Positions 44,671 through 57,224 of a stretch of 64,000 nucleotides of DNA are shown here, one piece after another. How positions within the stretch are numbered: the stretch's first letter is position 1; each line of letters starts with the position of its first letter. The notes beneath the pieces were generated by a model. It saw only the letters and a program-made list of their open reading frames with translations. It did no database searches and was not told the DNA's origin. This DNA comes from Cyanophora paradoxa CCMP329. Lineage: Eukaryota > Plantae > Glaucophyta. Location: the NCBI GenBank assembly GCA_004431415.1, contig QPMI01000472.1, positions 221,851 to 285,850 of the forward strand, given 5' to 3'. The position numbers and the translations under genes are program-made.

Positions 44671-46987
44671 TTAATATTCGGCATCATCTTCATTGTCTTC
44701 CTGAACCCTTGTTATCTTTCGAATCCCAATATATCCTCTGGCAAGAATACCATTAACTCGTTTTCTTTCTGATTTAACATTGAAGATCTCCCTTACTCTT
44801 TTCATAACAGATACACATTCAACTTTATCATCAACACTTTTGTATGATTTGTAAATGATATCACTGGAAACAAAGTCGTTAGCATTATGTGTAACCTCGA
44901 AATTATCTCGAAGCCATTCACCAATCTTATCATTTTCAGCTATAAAGTTAATTCCCTGTTCAATAATCGATTGAGGGGGACTTCTTAAGATCTCTTCAAC
45001 CTCTTTGTTCTTCCACATATCCAGTAATATCTTCATGTGAGCCATCTTATACTCATCATCATTGTGTAGAAGTGTGAACAGAGTTGGGTCAGCTTTCTTT
45101 TGACCAGCTTCTGGCTTCTCTCTGAATATATTATTGAATCTCTGATAGGAAAGTCTTCTTTGAATTGCAAAGTCTGGTTTATTTATAGTCAAATTGTCAT
45201 TAGTTGTAATGTAGACCTGAAACATTGGGGTAAGGATAACTGGGTCTTTGAACAAGGCTCTCACAGTCATTTCATTTCCACCTGTGACCTCCTTAATCTT
45301 GGAGATCTGCAGTTTATCACCATCTTCAGCCTCATTACTGAATACAAGTCGCTTTCCAAGGAGTTTGGCAAGTTCAGGAGTAGCCTCTGATGAGTTCTTT
45401 TTAGGCTTAGTCCAATAGGATATTTCGAGAGGGCTGTAATACGACCAGATATCTGTTTGCAGTATTCCTGAACAAGTGATTTACCATTAGCACCAGCACC
45501 AGTCCACATATAGAACTTCTGGGATTTAGTTGATCCACTAAGAGCAATTGCAATGGATGCCAGAAGATACTTTCGCTCTGCTGGATCATCCACAATCTCT
45601 TTATAAATCTGATTGAGATGCTCTATTTTCTTGGGGTCTACATTTTCAGTATAGTCATAACCCACAGTCTTGCTCACCATATCTTCCAGTTTCCCTTTCT
45701 GAAAGTCATAGTGGTCAGATCAAATACACCATTTTCGAATCCAATCACATATGGACAGTGTCAATCTTCTCAAAGAATTCATCATCATTCAGCAGTGGGA
45801 CCAATCAGTCAGAAGGGATTTGCGAAATCCTGATTGTTTAAGATTTTTGGCAATGGTCATCAATGTTTTGGATCTTTCTTCGAAAGCTGCTTTGTTTTCC
45901 TCATCCTTTAAAGCTCTTTGACTATAATGCACAGCCCTTCCAAGGTATTGGGGGACAACAAGACGGCTTATATCTAGGTAAATCTTTAGGTTTGTGTCAT
46001 CATGCTCCCAAATCCCAGTATCAGTATTGAGTTTGAACCATGACTTTTTGGAGTATCTCCATGTATGTTTAAGAACCTCTTTGCATACTAAACTCACATC
46101 ATAATGAGCGCCACCAGAACCAGCGGATTTATCTATAAGATTGAAGATATCAGATTGCATTCCAATGCAGATGAATCGTTTTTTGCAATTTCCACTGTAG
46201 CTTGACACAATGTATTTGTTATCATCTCCTTTAGCTTTCATAACATACCAGTTATTCGATTCATGTGAACCATTGCAGCATGGGCAATTGAGTCCCTTGT
46301 TAGCAGCATCAAAGTTAAAGCCAAGTTCAGTTTTAGAGATTATATTGGGATGCATAAATCCCATATCCACCAGCTCTTTGATAATATTGTTTTCAGTTCA
46401 TCATTGAGGTAGCATTAGCAGTATACTCACTCTTATAGATGTAGTTATCTATTATCCACTTTTTGAAGTCATCAGTAGGCTCATTGAAATCACAGGTATC
46501 ATCCCATGGGGAGATACCCAAGCCTTGTTCACACTGGGACAACATTAATCAGTCCAGAAGTTCCAGTTCCAGTGATTGTTTTCAGGTCAACCTTTCAAAG
46601 CCTTTAAAGCCAGGAGCCTTATCGGTAATTTTGAGTTTATTGAACTCCTCAGGTCGTTTAAAGTAGACATGATAGCCTTTTTTAGTTTTTGCCATGGGCT
46701 GATTGGCATCAAAGTCATCAGGAACATATCCCGGAATTTCTCAAAGTCCTCCTCATCATCAAAGTCAATAACCATCATGTTGTCTGAGAGCAGAATGCCC
46801 CAAGATACATACTGATTAGTTGCCAGCGCTTCCTCATACTTTTCCCAGGACCATGCACCTCCCTTATGCTTGAAAACAGGGTCTTTGCTGTCAGGTTTCA
46901 CTGGGATAATCATGTTTTGGACAGTTCCTCATCAGATCTGAGCCAGTTAGCGAGCGATTTGAGCGATTTAGTCTGTTTGGCGTTCAT
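44671..46987 (-). CDS. Primase-helicase: N-terminal Prim-Pol-like domain, Zn motif, D5-like SF3 helicase (frameshifted)
   Basis: IIPVKPDSKDP...WGILL..VIDFDD; CPCC..H; WTGAGANGKS Walker A; TVRALF, ITTND, AIQRRL...F. Confidence 0.85.
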
Positions 46988-47001
46988 TTTCAGCGATCGG
47001 G

Positions 47002-47043
47002 GTCCCTTTTATATATATAGAAGATTTTTCTTTAAGTAGTTTT
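47002..47043 (-). promoter_or_regulatory. Conserved upstream motif ACTACTTAAAGAAA.ATCTTCTATATATATAAAAGG (putative promoter)
   Basis: Near-identical copy at 48326-48366 and a variant at 47470-47500, each just upstream of a minus-strand ATG. Confidence 0.65.
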
Positions 47044-47198
47044 GGGTCCCCAATCATTTTTTGTTGGAAATCGAGAAAGTATCCCTACGAAATTTATCCA
47101 CATGATATATCGAGTGGTTTAGATACAAAAAGGATGAATGGGTATTTCAGCGAATAAACAGCATATCCCCAGCCTAGTAATATGCTGGGAAAAATAAT

Positions 47199-47453
47199 TT
47201 AGACATGTTTCAATTTTCTCCCTCTATTTGAGTAAGGGACATCATACAAATACTTGACAAAGCAGACTGCATTGGCTGCATACTTTCGCTGACATGAACT
47301 TGCTATTTTCATTGCTCTATAGGTATCATCGGTTTGATATAGATCTCTAAGCTGTGTGGCTATTTTTTCGTTAAACTTTTTGATTTGAGCCTTACCTTTT
47401 TCAGTTTGCTGGTATCTCTTCATAGCTCTCTTCTGGGCTTCACTGAGTGGCAT
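47199..47453 (-). CDS. Small basic protein
   Basis: MPLSEAQKRAMKRYQQTEKGK; preceded by the promoter-like motif. Confidence 0.6.
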   Translation of the reverse strand: MPLSEAQKRAMKRYQQTEKGKAQIKKFNEKIATQLRDLYQTDDTYRAMKIASSCQRKYAANAVCFVKYLYDVPYSNRGRKLKHV

Positions 47454-47628
47454 TTTTCCTCTGTCTCTCTTAATATATATAGAGAATTCTTTAAATCATT
47501 TTTTGTTCTCTAACCTCTTTGTCCAAATCGCTCAATATACATAAGTTTGAAATGCTTACCTAGCAATGCTACAAATGGTTCGATTTCCAAGGTCTCCCAT
47601 GTTTTCTTGTCCTTATTCCATCTGCAAT

Positions 47629-48324
47629 CTAATCCTTTTGCGATATCTTTTTAAGATAAGGCACCTGAAACCCAGCAACCAATGTATTTGTTGTACTGAG
47701 TTCTGCATACATTTCAATCAATGCAGATCTGCCCTCTCTGAACCTCTCTATATCATCTCTGCGAAGATTATCCATTTTCGGAATAAATTGGTTGCACCAA
47801 ATCAGGAAAAGATTAACTGCATGTTTATTCCTTGCTCTTTCTTGTTCTAATTCTCTCTCTCTTCGCTCTCTTTCTTCTAATTCAAGCTGCCTCTTTCGAG
47901 CTTCCTCTTGTTTTTCAAGTTCTCTTTTTCTTTCCAGTTCTTCTTGCTTTAAAGCGATTCTGCACTTATTACAGAAATTATCCTTTCGGTTTTTATGCCG
48001 ATCTCCACATCTTTCACATATATCTTGACCTCTGGCACCCTTCGGAATAAATCGTAAAATGCAGCAATTCCCAACAATGACCACAATCTTTTTATTAACA
48101 TGCAGAATATAGCATTGCTCTTTAATTGGATGATCACAGGCGCAATGCTCAGACTCTGGAGGCAGGTCATAGTCACTTAATCCATATTTTGCAAGCTTTG
48201 CCCAAAGAGGGAGCGGTTTCCTGTTACTTCCAAGAGCAACATAATCATTGAAGTTATCAGATCCACAAAGCAACATTAAAGCCGCTTTGAGCTTTTCCAG
48301 GCAATACGATTTCTTCTCTGCCAT
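47629..48324 (-). CDS. Cys-rich Zn-binding protein with coiled coil
   Basis: CACDHPIKEQCYI..VGNCCI, CERC..FCNKC, E/R-rich helix. Confidence 0.7.
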   Translation of the reverse strand: MAEKKSYCLEKLKAALMLLCGSDNFNDYVALGSNRKPLPLWAKLAKYGLSDYDLPPESEHCACDHPIKEQCYILHVNKKIVVIVGNCCILRFIPKGARGQDICERCGDRHKNRKDNFCNKCRIALKQEELERKRELEKQEEARKRQLELEERERRERELEQERARNKHAVNLFLIWCNQFIPKMDNLRRDDIERFREGRSALIEMYAELSTTNTLVAGFQVPYLKKISQKD

Positions 48325-48433
48325 TGTCCTTTTATATATATAGAAGATATTTCTTTAAGTAGTTTTCATCAAATTTTGTGTTCAGAATTCCCCATTTAAA
48401 ACCTCCCCTTTTAGTAGGAACAAGTTAGGAACT

Positions 48434-51400
48434 ATGCCCGAATTAGCAACAGACTCATTAGAGAGAAGAAATGGGAACTTATGGGATTACTGGGAACACT
48501 GTATGCAGCCCATGAAATCACAGAGGCTGAATATGACCGGGAAATCGGATTTATTTCAAGGGGCAGACCCACTTTAGCAAAATTAACCAGAAAAGCCAAT
48601 AACTCTATGACAAAGTTGAGACTCTTGATGAACTCGATCGCCTGAGGCAAATAGAACCAGAGGCAGAAGATGGAACAGCCATGAATGAATTATATCGCTG
48701 GCTCACATACAGAGCCAGAAGGGAAGTTGTGGTAGATGTGATTGAATATTTAGATAGAATTGCAACCTCTCTACCAAACGTTTAAGAGATAGTCTGGATC
48801 AATTCAGGGCAATCAAAGTTCGCTTGTCGTTTATCTGCAAGTTCGTAAAAGTCAGCAATCCACAGGTTTGGATATCGAAATACATTTACAGCGATTATTT
48901 TGTATTAACCAAATCGAGAAATATTCGAACTGAGCTGAATAAAGCAGCCCAAATGTGTCAGGAACAGATGAATGTTGTTGATAGCTATCGATTGGAGAGA
49001 ATCGAAATGCTAAGAGTTGCTATTATGAGTTATGCCCAACTGGTGGCTGCTATGTTAAAACACCAGAATCAATTGCAGCCAAGAGAGCCACAGTGAATAT
49101 TCGAAATATTGATGATTCTTGCTTTGAAAATGCCATTTTGGCATGGATCCATAGGAAAGATGTAATTCCCACAAGAGAAGTGAGCTTACACAATATCGCA
49201 AATGGAAATACTCACCAACACATACAATCCTTTGGCTCTCAATTTCGACAATATCCATTCCCTGTTCCTTGTGATGCTGAAATCATTGATAAATTCGAAT
49301 CTCAAAATGCAGGCATCAGCATAAACATATTTGGAATGGATGGAGATGTTATATATCCCTACATCAATCCAGCAACCCAGGCAGAAAGCAAAAGATTAAT
49401 CTAATGCTCATTCATGATGATGAAGGGAATGGTCACTATATTACTATCATGTCCCTTTCAAGACTTCTCAGAGTTGCCTTGATAAAACCAAGGATCAAAA
49501 GTTACACTACTGTGATACATGCTTATCTCGATTCAGGTCTGAGGCTAAACTGACTGCTCATGTGGACTCAAACAGATGCATTGATTGGAGACTCTCAAAG
49601 GGAATCACCCTAAGCCTGACACCACAATAGAGTTTGGACTGAAAAACCTCAGGAAAACTGTCTGGCTTCCTGTTGTGGTTTACTGCAAGATTGAACATAG
49701 AAGCATCCCATTGATGCATCGAAATCCAAGAGGGAAGTCTCAGCAGTCAACATTAGAATAGTCACTGGGGCAGATGTTCAGGAGTTTCGATTTGAGGGTC
49801 AGGATCCAATGGGAGGTCTGTTTGAATGCTTGGAGTCCAAAGCAAGAGAGCTAATCGATTTCCTGTTCACCAATATTCCATGAATGAACTCACAGATGAG
49901 CAAAAGGCTATTTACAGAGCTACCAAACACTGTTACCTTTGCAGTGAGAGGTTCACCAAGGAAAACTTCAAATGCAGGGATCATGATCACCACACAGGTA
50001 ATTACATTGCACCTGCATGCAGAAACTGCAATCTCCATAGGAGAATCTCAAAGCAAACAAAAGTAGCAGTGGTTGTTGACCAAATGGATGACTGTGGGAC
50101 ATTCATTTTCAGAAAAATAGCAGGCATGGGTGATAAAAAGCGAATCGAAATCCTTTCGAAAAACTTTGATCAATACCTTTCATTGCAATGGGGTCTTTAC
50201 AAGTTCATTGATGCAAGTAATTTTATGGACTTTGGGCTGCTGATGTAGATGAGTTAATGAGCAAATTCCAGGCTTTCAGAAGGCTTTCACACTCAGTATA
50301 TGGATTGGACCCAGTTCATTATGTATCTGCACCTGGGTTATCTTGGGATGCTATGCTTAGGACCACCAAGGCAAAAATAGAGCTTATAAGTGATGTAGAG
50401 CAATACGAATTTGTTGAGAGGGGAATCAGGGGTGGCTTTGCAACAATGCCTTGTAGGTATGCTGAGGCTGATGGTGAGAACTCCCATATAATGCTGTTTG
50501 ATGCTAACAACTTGTATGGCTACTGTTTGAGTCAGCCAATCCAGTTGGTGATTTTAGATGGGAGACCGAATTCAACCACAAGATAACAGATCCAGTTTCC
50601 TGGAAGTTGATCTGGATTACCCAATTAGGCTATATCTAGACCACAGTGATTTCCCCCTAATTATTAACAAGAAAATAGTAGAATATGCAGAATTATCACA
50701 ATATCAAAAGAGCCTATTAGATCTCTCAGGAGAAGAGCTTGATAAGACCCCTAAGCTAACTGCAACCTTTGGTTCTGTGACCAACTATGTGATTTCTGAG
50801 CCTCTTCTACAGTATCTGTTGGACAAAGGGGTGAAACTAAAGAAGGTTCACAGGGTCCTATCATTTACTGTGGCTCCTGTAATGAAACCCTACATTGAGC
50901 TGAATACTGAGATGAGAAGGAAAGCAGTGAATAAATTCGAGGCTGATTTCTATAAACTCATGAATAACTCAATCTATGGGAAATGCATTGAATCTTGCAG
51001 AGGTAGATCTGTGGTTAAGATTGCAAACAGTGAGAAACTGTTTATGAAATATGCAGCCTCCCATTGGTGAAATCAACAAGTCCCATAAACGAAAAAGCAG
51101 TTGCCTTTGAGTTTTACACAAAGCATGTGAAGCTAGATAAGCCAGTTGCTATTGGGGCTTATGTTCTGGATGCAGCCAAACTGCATAACTACAAGTTCTT
51201 CTATGATACTGTAAGGTCCCAATGGACAAAAGCAAAGTTACTATTCCATGATACTGACTCCTTTTGTCTATATATCGAATCTAAGACCCTACAAAAAGAT
51301 ATAGAGAATATATCCTATGCATTAGACCTTGGAGGTGATTCCAGAATGACCCCAGGTAAATACAAAAATGAAATGCCTGGCTCTGCTATATTGGAGTATG

Positions 51401-51663
51401 TGGGTCTGAGAGCTAAAGTTTACAGTTTCAGAACTGCTGAGATTGAGAGAAGTAAGCTTTCTGGGACTTCCACTGAGGAACTCCAATTCAATGATTTTAA
51501 GGAGTGTTTATTTGCAGGTATCAGCAAGACTGTGACTGCAAAGCAAAAGAGAAGGGCAGATCACACAATAATAGATACTGTGAGTAGAAGGGTTGCCCTA
51601 AACTGCTTTGATGCAAAGAGATACATCTTACCAGATGGCATTAATTCTGTTCCTTTTAATTAA
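48434..51663 (+). CDS. Full-length pPolB with N-terminal terminal-protein/vOTU-like region (split by frameshifts)
   Basis: VNIRNIDDSCFENAILA and GHYITIMSLSRLL upstream; the remainder is colinear with the intact 647-2506. Start codon uncertain. Confidence 0.88.
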
Positions 51664-51666
51664 GAG

Positions 51667-53052
51667 ATGCCAGCAACTGGAAGAATAGTTAGGAGAACCA
51701 CTGAGCAACTGCAAGGTAACCTACTGCCTATCACAGTTCCAAAGGAGGAAAAAGGGGATTCTCGAATTGTTAAAAAGTCTGAAATGAAAGAGCTTGTCCC
51801 AGTAGAGATTCCAGTTGCTATTGCAGTGAAAGAAACCAGCAAGATTGCCAAGAGATTCTATGATGTGAGAACTGGTTACAAAGGGCTTCAAGCTATGAGG
51901 GCTGAGTTACCTGATGAATCCTATAAGCAGTTGCAAGAGTTCTATAAAAAACAGGAAGTTGTTCAGATCAATGCACCTGCTATATCTAGAAAGAGAGATC
52001 CCATGGTTCCAATAAGGCAACCCCTTGATACCTATGTGATTGATTTGCTCTTTTTCCCAGCTTATAAGAAACAAAACAATGGCTATGATACCTTTATGAC
52101 TGCAATGGAATCCACACTAAGAACTGGGTATATCATACCTATAAGGGATAAATCAGCTCTCACTACATTAGCTGCATTTAAGCAGCTTGAAATGAGAGTG
52201 GCAAGACCCATAGTAAAGGTTCAATCAGATGCTGGGAGTGAATTCCAAAATCGAATATTCCAGGAGTATCTATCTAGTAAATACATAGAACACCAAGTGA
52301 GTGGAACTGCTGACCATAGAAGCCAAGGTCGAATTGAAGCCTTTAACAAGCAGATTAAGAGACTGATCACAAACTACTGCATAGCCAATAACACAGCTAG
52401 ATTCTTTGATGTGTTGGGTGATATTGAGTTTAATTACAATAATACAGTTCACTCAGCTACTAAGATGAAGCCAGGTGAAACTACAGAGGAGCATTATAGG
52501 TATATAGTGGGATTAGAAGATGAGAGATTCAAGAAATCAATAGCTTATCTTGACACCATGCAGCCTGGCATGTTTGTTAGAGTGAAAGTTGAGAAGAACC
52601 CCTTTGCTAAACAGGGTAACAATTGGTCTAGGATGGTTTACACTGTTGATAGTAGAGAAGGCTTTAAGTTTAAGCTAAAGAGTCCCACTGGAGAGATCAT
52701 AGATAACAGGTTTGCTTTCCATGAGTTGTTGCCTGTGAATGCAGTTGAGTATCTGGAAACCCCTACAGTGGATGCCTTAGAGCAAGCTAAAGAGGAAGCT
52801 AGGGTTGATGCTGCTATAAGGAGAGAGGGCATAGAAGCTGCTAATGAAGTCCCAGATAAGCCTTTGATAGAAGCTAGAAAGGAGAAGGCTGGGAAAGTTA
52901 ACAGGGAACTCAAAAAGCTCACTATAGCAGGCACACAGAAACTTTCAGAAGTGAATAGCCAGAGATGGTATAATGACTTTCAGACTACTAAGGAGTCATA
53001 TACAGCCCCTAAACCTCAGAGAACACTAAGAGATAGGACCAAAACTAGCTAG
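51667..53052 (+). CDS. rve DDE integrase
   Basis: 461 aa; 7 substitutions by eye versus 2510-3895. Confidence 0.93.
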   Translation: MPATGRIVRRTTEQLQGNLLPITVPKEEKGDSRIVKKSEMKELVPVEIPVAIAVKETSKIAKRFYDVRTGYKGLQAMRAELPDESYKQLQEFYKKQEVVQINAPAISRKRDPMVPIRQPLDTYVIDLLFFPAYKKQNNGYDTFMTAMESTLRTGYIIPIRDKSALTTLAAFKQLEMRVARPIVKVQSDAGSEFQNRIFQEYLSSKYIEHQVSGTADHRSQGRIEAFNKQIKRLITNYCIANNTARFFDVLGDIEFNYNNTVHSATKMKPGETTEEHYRYIVGLEDERFKKSIAYLDTMQPGMFVRVKVEKNPFAKQGNNWSRMVYTVDSREGFKFKLKSPTGEIIDNRFAFHELLPVNAVEYLETPTVDALEQAKEEARVDAAIRREGIEAANEVPDKPLIEARKEKAGKVNRELKKLTIAGTQKLSEVNSQRWYNDFQTTKESYTAPKPQRTLRDRTKTS

Positions 53053-53944
53053 TTTGCTAGGCAAAAACTCGTTTTTTCCAAATATATGTATGACTGATAT
53101 ACATATATGCACATGATATACACATAGTCTTGTAGATCTTATCAAGCGCTTCACAGCGATATGCAGAACGTTGCGTTTTGATGATCTGGTGATGAGATAT
53201 AACAGTTTGAAGATGCAAAAGTCACTTGCCATAGTAGACTTGGTGAAACACTAGCCCAGGAGTCGACTTGGTGGTAAGCCGTTTTTGGCTCAGAGAATAG
53301 AGCGCTTGATTTCTGACTCAAAACTACGCGGTTCAAATCCGCTCGGGAACCTTTACTTCGTTCGCCGTGAAACTTGAAAAGTAAAAAAAAAACGCGGTTT
53401 TTTCTAGATTAATGCTGTACCCGTCTAGAAAATCAATATTAACGTTTGCTACGATATCTCAACACCAACTTATCAAATCGATGCGCTTAAAACGTCATAA
53501 AATCGAGCATTTCAAGGCGGTCACAGCGCTTATGAGCCATATCGGAATTTCACTAACTGTAACTCCAAATCGCGATGAAACCGATTTTGAATTTCGATTT
53601 TAAATTCGATTAAAATCCATTAAACGTGAGTTTTTAATATAGATCACTAGGAAGTTATCAAATCGATGCACTGACGGTCGAATATAATCCCATATATCAT
53701 ACATAACAATAACTTGCAATCACATATACGAATCTCAATGTGTATAGATCGCTATTACGATTAAAGCGAGTTTTGAAATTCAAAATTAATTCGATTAAAT
53801 TCGATTATAACTCAAAAATCGCGATTTATAACCATATACTTATCGTTTCGATCAACTTATGATATCGAATATTCAACTATATTATATTGCTTCGATAACT
53901 GTGATCCCATCTATGATCCCATCAATCTAACACTGCATTTAGTA

Positions 53945-55123
53945 AGCATCTGCCCTAGATTCCCCCTATTATATTATATTTATATTTAAGTGGACTCAAG
54001 GTTGACTCATATTAATCGTAAAAGTAGTAAAAGTATATGGATTTTGTTACGAATTCAATGCAAGGGTTGACTAAGTGGGTTGAGTTGACTCAAATTTCAC
54101 AGGAAATAACAATGAATCAGAGTATAAATGCATTTTTTGAATCAACTACACCAACTAACACTGAGATTTTACCAATATATGAGGTCCTTACTGAATATGG
54201 TTTGTGTGACAGGTGTGACAGGTCTATCCCAAACTTTTCTATAGCATAAAAATGAACTCTCAAAAGTTTGGGATGGACCTGTCACACCTGTCACACTCGA
54301 TTATTTCATTTGTTTATTCAAGTAGAATTACATAGATAAACTTCTTACTTATTGTTACTGAGTTTTTCATTATAAAAGAGATCCTTACTGAATATGGTTT
54401 GTGTGACAGGTGTGACAGGATGCATTTTGTGAATCAACTACACCAACTAACACTGAAATTTTAACATTAAAAGAGATCCTTACTGAATATGGTTTGTGTG
54501 ACAGGTGTGACAGGTCTATCCCAAACTTTTCTATAACATAAAAATGAACTATCAAAAGTTTGGGATAGACCTGTCACACCTGTCACACCCAATTATTTCA
54601 AAAATCCTAAGGGTCCCCCCTTAGAATCATTAAAACATGATAAAAACATATAAGTTTCATGTATAATTACGATTGAATTCAATAAGAGATCGATTTGTTT
54701 TATTTAACAAATGAATCTTTTATGGATCTTAATCGAGTTTAGCGATATATTTCCGATTAAATGAATTAAATTTAATTAAATTTAATCGAGAAAGTACATG
54801 AATATAATATCGATTAAATCAATTAACTTTTAGACCAATCACACATAGTAAAATGCGGAGTTTTAACCAGAGGCAAGATCTAATTGAGATTCAGTTATAT
54901 TATTCGGAAATATATACAGATTATCGATAGACTCAGTAAGACTAATCGGAAAATAAGAGAAATTTACGATAAAATATCGAAAAGAATACAAAATAATCGA
55001 AATAAATGAATATTCGATAAGATATACACAGATTATCGATTGATTGAAATAGAATATACGAGATATATCAACAAAATCAATTAAGATAAGCCGAGGGTTA
55101 AAACTCCGCATTTTACTATGTGT
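53945..55123. repeat. Right TIR of copy B (terminal cassette 54841-55123; duplicated TGTGACAGG hairpin modules 54200-54590)
   Basis: Inverted match to 27155-28258 with variant modules. Confidence 0.88.
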
Positions 55124-57224
55124 TACACGGAGTCAGCCTACGGAACGGATGTGAATATCTTTGCTATCAATCCATGCGGGGTCAATCAATCCTCGACGAC
55201 GCCAGCATACACATCAGTAAAGAAGTTGACAGGGCATGGCTGGGGAGTGACGAGGGCAGTGTTCGATCCTCTGGGACGATTCCTCATCACGGCCAGTGCA
55301 GACCACACTGTTCGACTCTGGTACATTTATATATATATGCTATGGAGTGATTATGAATATCAGAACTGCAGTAATTGACAGGGGGATATATACGACAGGG
55401 GGACAAGCGACTGGCCCAACTGTGGTACAATCTTGACCTGTACATTCGCGATTGGACAGCCGGAACGAAACTTCACTCTTAACGCTGCTTCGAAGACGAT
55501 ATTTTCCGGTGCGCGCGTGCGAAATAATTTTGCATGATGGGTATATATACCTGTGGATATATATAATTAAACTTTTGGTATCAGAGCCTGTCGCTCAATT
55601 GAATAGAACCCTCATTGCAATAGAGGACTCGCGATCAGTCTCCTCAATGGTCACCACTGCGCATGCGGCCTTTGTCATGCTCAACAAAACTGCGGGCCCC
55701 GATTCACAACAAAGCAACATGCGACTGATATGGATCGAAGACTTTCGCCTGAAAACGAAAGAATTTTCGGCTGCAAGCAACTTGAGCGGACTCGATTTCT
55801 CTTTGTTTTCGGTATCTTCTGATGGACAAAGCGTCGCGGGGGCGGCTCGGGCCTATGTGTTTCTCTGGAGATCAGTGGAAAGTGAATGGCGTTTGGTTCA
55901 GAGCGTTTCATCACCATGCTTGATCATTCAGATGCACACTAGTACTTCACCCGATTACAGATCTAGAGAAGAGTTCGAATCTAGCATCGATATCGTGTCA
56001 GTTCGTGCTTTGGGGTTCCTTCAATCACCAGCTTCTCCTAACGCCTACGATCTATATCTGTTCGGCTGGATATTCATCATTTCGCGGGACATGTCGAATA
56101 TTTCCTCGTCTACGTTTATGAACAAACTAGATAAACTTGGCAAAGGCATCGATGATAATTTTTTCCCCAGTAGCTGGATATTCTCTTCTCAAGGGACTCT
56201 CCTTGCACATTCTTCAAATGGAGCAGCTGATGCTGTCATCTTTCACTCGAAAACAGCATCTATCCTGCAGCGAGTACCTAAGCCGACAGACTACAGTTTC
56301 AGCAATTCTTATAATTATGTGGCGTGCGCATTTTGGCCTGACGAAAGGAGCCTTTTAGTGTCTGGTATTCGCGTCAGTGGACTCGGGCACATTCATCGTC
56401 TCAGTCGAATTTCGATTCCGCTGGGTGAATCAATAGGAACTTACGAAGCTCCAGGCGATCTCGTGCAGATCACATCTGTGCTCGTGACCTTGGATGCCAG
56501 ATATGTTCTGGCGAGCGCAGGAGGATTGGTATATTGCTGGTCCTCAGGTGGCAAACTCGATCGCGTATTTCGAAGTGAAGGGGCAATCTCGCGTATAGCA
56601 ATTTCGCCAATCTCAAGTTTTCTTATCGCCGAGATCCCTTCGCCTTCACCCAGCTATGCATATGGAACTCAAAGCCATCTTGAGATTTGGTGATCTGACG
56701 CCCTTCATTATTCTTGTGATATCGATGTGAATTGCATGGTCTGACGAATTGTATTTGGCGCTAGGTCTGTGGCTGGCAATCATGTTCCACATCGCGACAC
56801 GTCTATGTCGATTTCGAACAACACAAACAACGGCAGCGGTAAATCAGATCTGGATCCGATCGCCAACAGTACAATTATCAACAAGCCGCTAGATCTGAAT
56901 TCCACAAAGCCTCTGAACTCAACAAACTCCGCGGCCGGTTTAGATGGCCAGGGCGCCGGCGGGCCTCTGAATTCCACACACTCCGGATCCAGCCTCCTTG
57001 ATTCTCAAGCAAATTGCAGTCCACTATTTTGCGCGCGGGCTTCGTGGTACATTGACCTTGTGATTATCTTGGCCATCGTTTTCTTCATAGCAATACTGTC
57101 GCTGATTATCTACATCAATCGAGCTAGAATATTTAGAAAGTTAGGCGGGCATTTTTCGAAAACAAGAGTACGAAAGCCTCGAGTAATATTAGGCAACTTA
57201 GTTTCTGCAGATAATACCGTATAG
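55124..57224 (+). CDS. Host WD40/beta-propeller gene, 5' part missing, possibly continuing to a TM-containing last exon
   Basis: LTGHGWGVTRAVFDPLGRFLITASADHTVRLW; ORF 55452-56693 with propeller-like blades; TM LVIILAIVFFIAILSLIIYI. Confidence 0.62.

Larger units (their letters stand above)
27155..55123 (+). mobile_element. Copy B: near-complete endogenous Polinton/Maverick-like virus (~28 kb)
   Basis: Inverted ends 5'-ACACATAGTAAAATGCGG...CCGCATTTTACTATGTGT-3'; AT-rich; pPolB, integrase, ATPase, MCP, pentons and helicase present. Confidence 0.95.

Noticed and set aside
38645-51663. Many frameshifts in copy B as pseudogenisation or programmed frameshifting
   Set aside because: Where copy A allows comparison most are single-base losses in short homopolymers (ATTCCCATG>ATTCCATG, ATCCCAGT>ATCCAGT, AACCCAC>AACCAC), typical of long-read error; cannot be judged without polishing.
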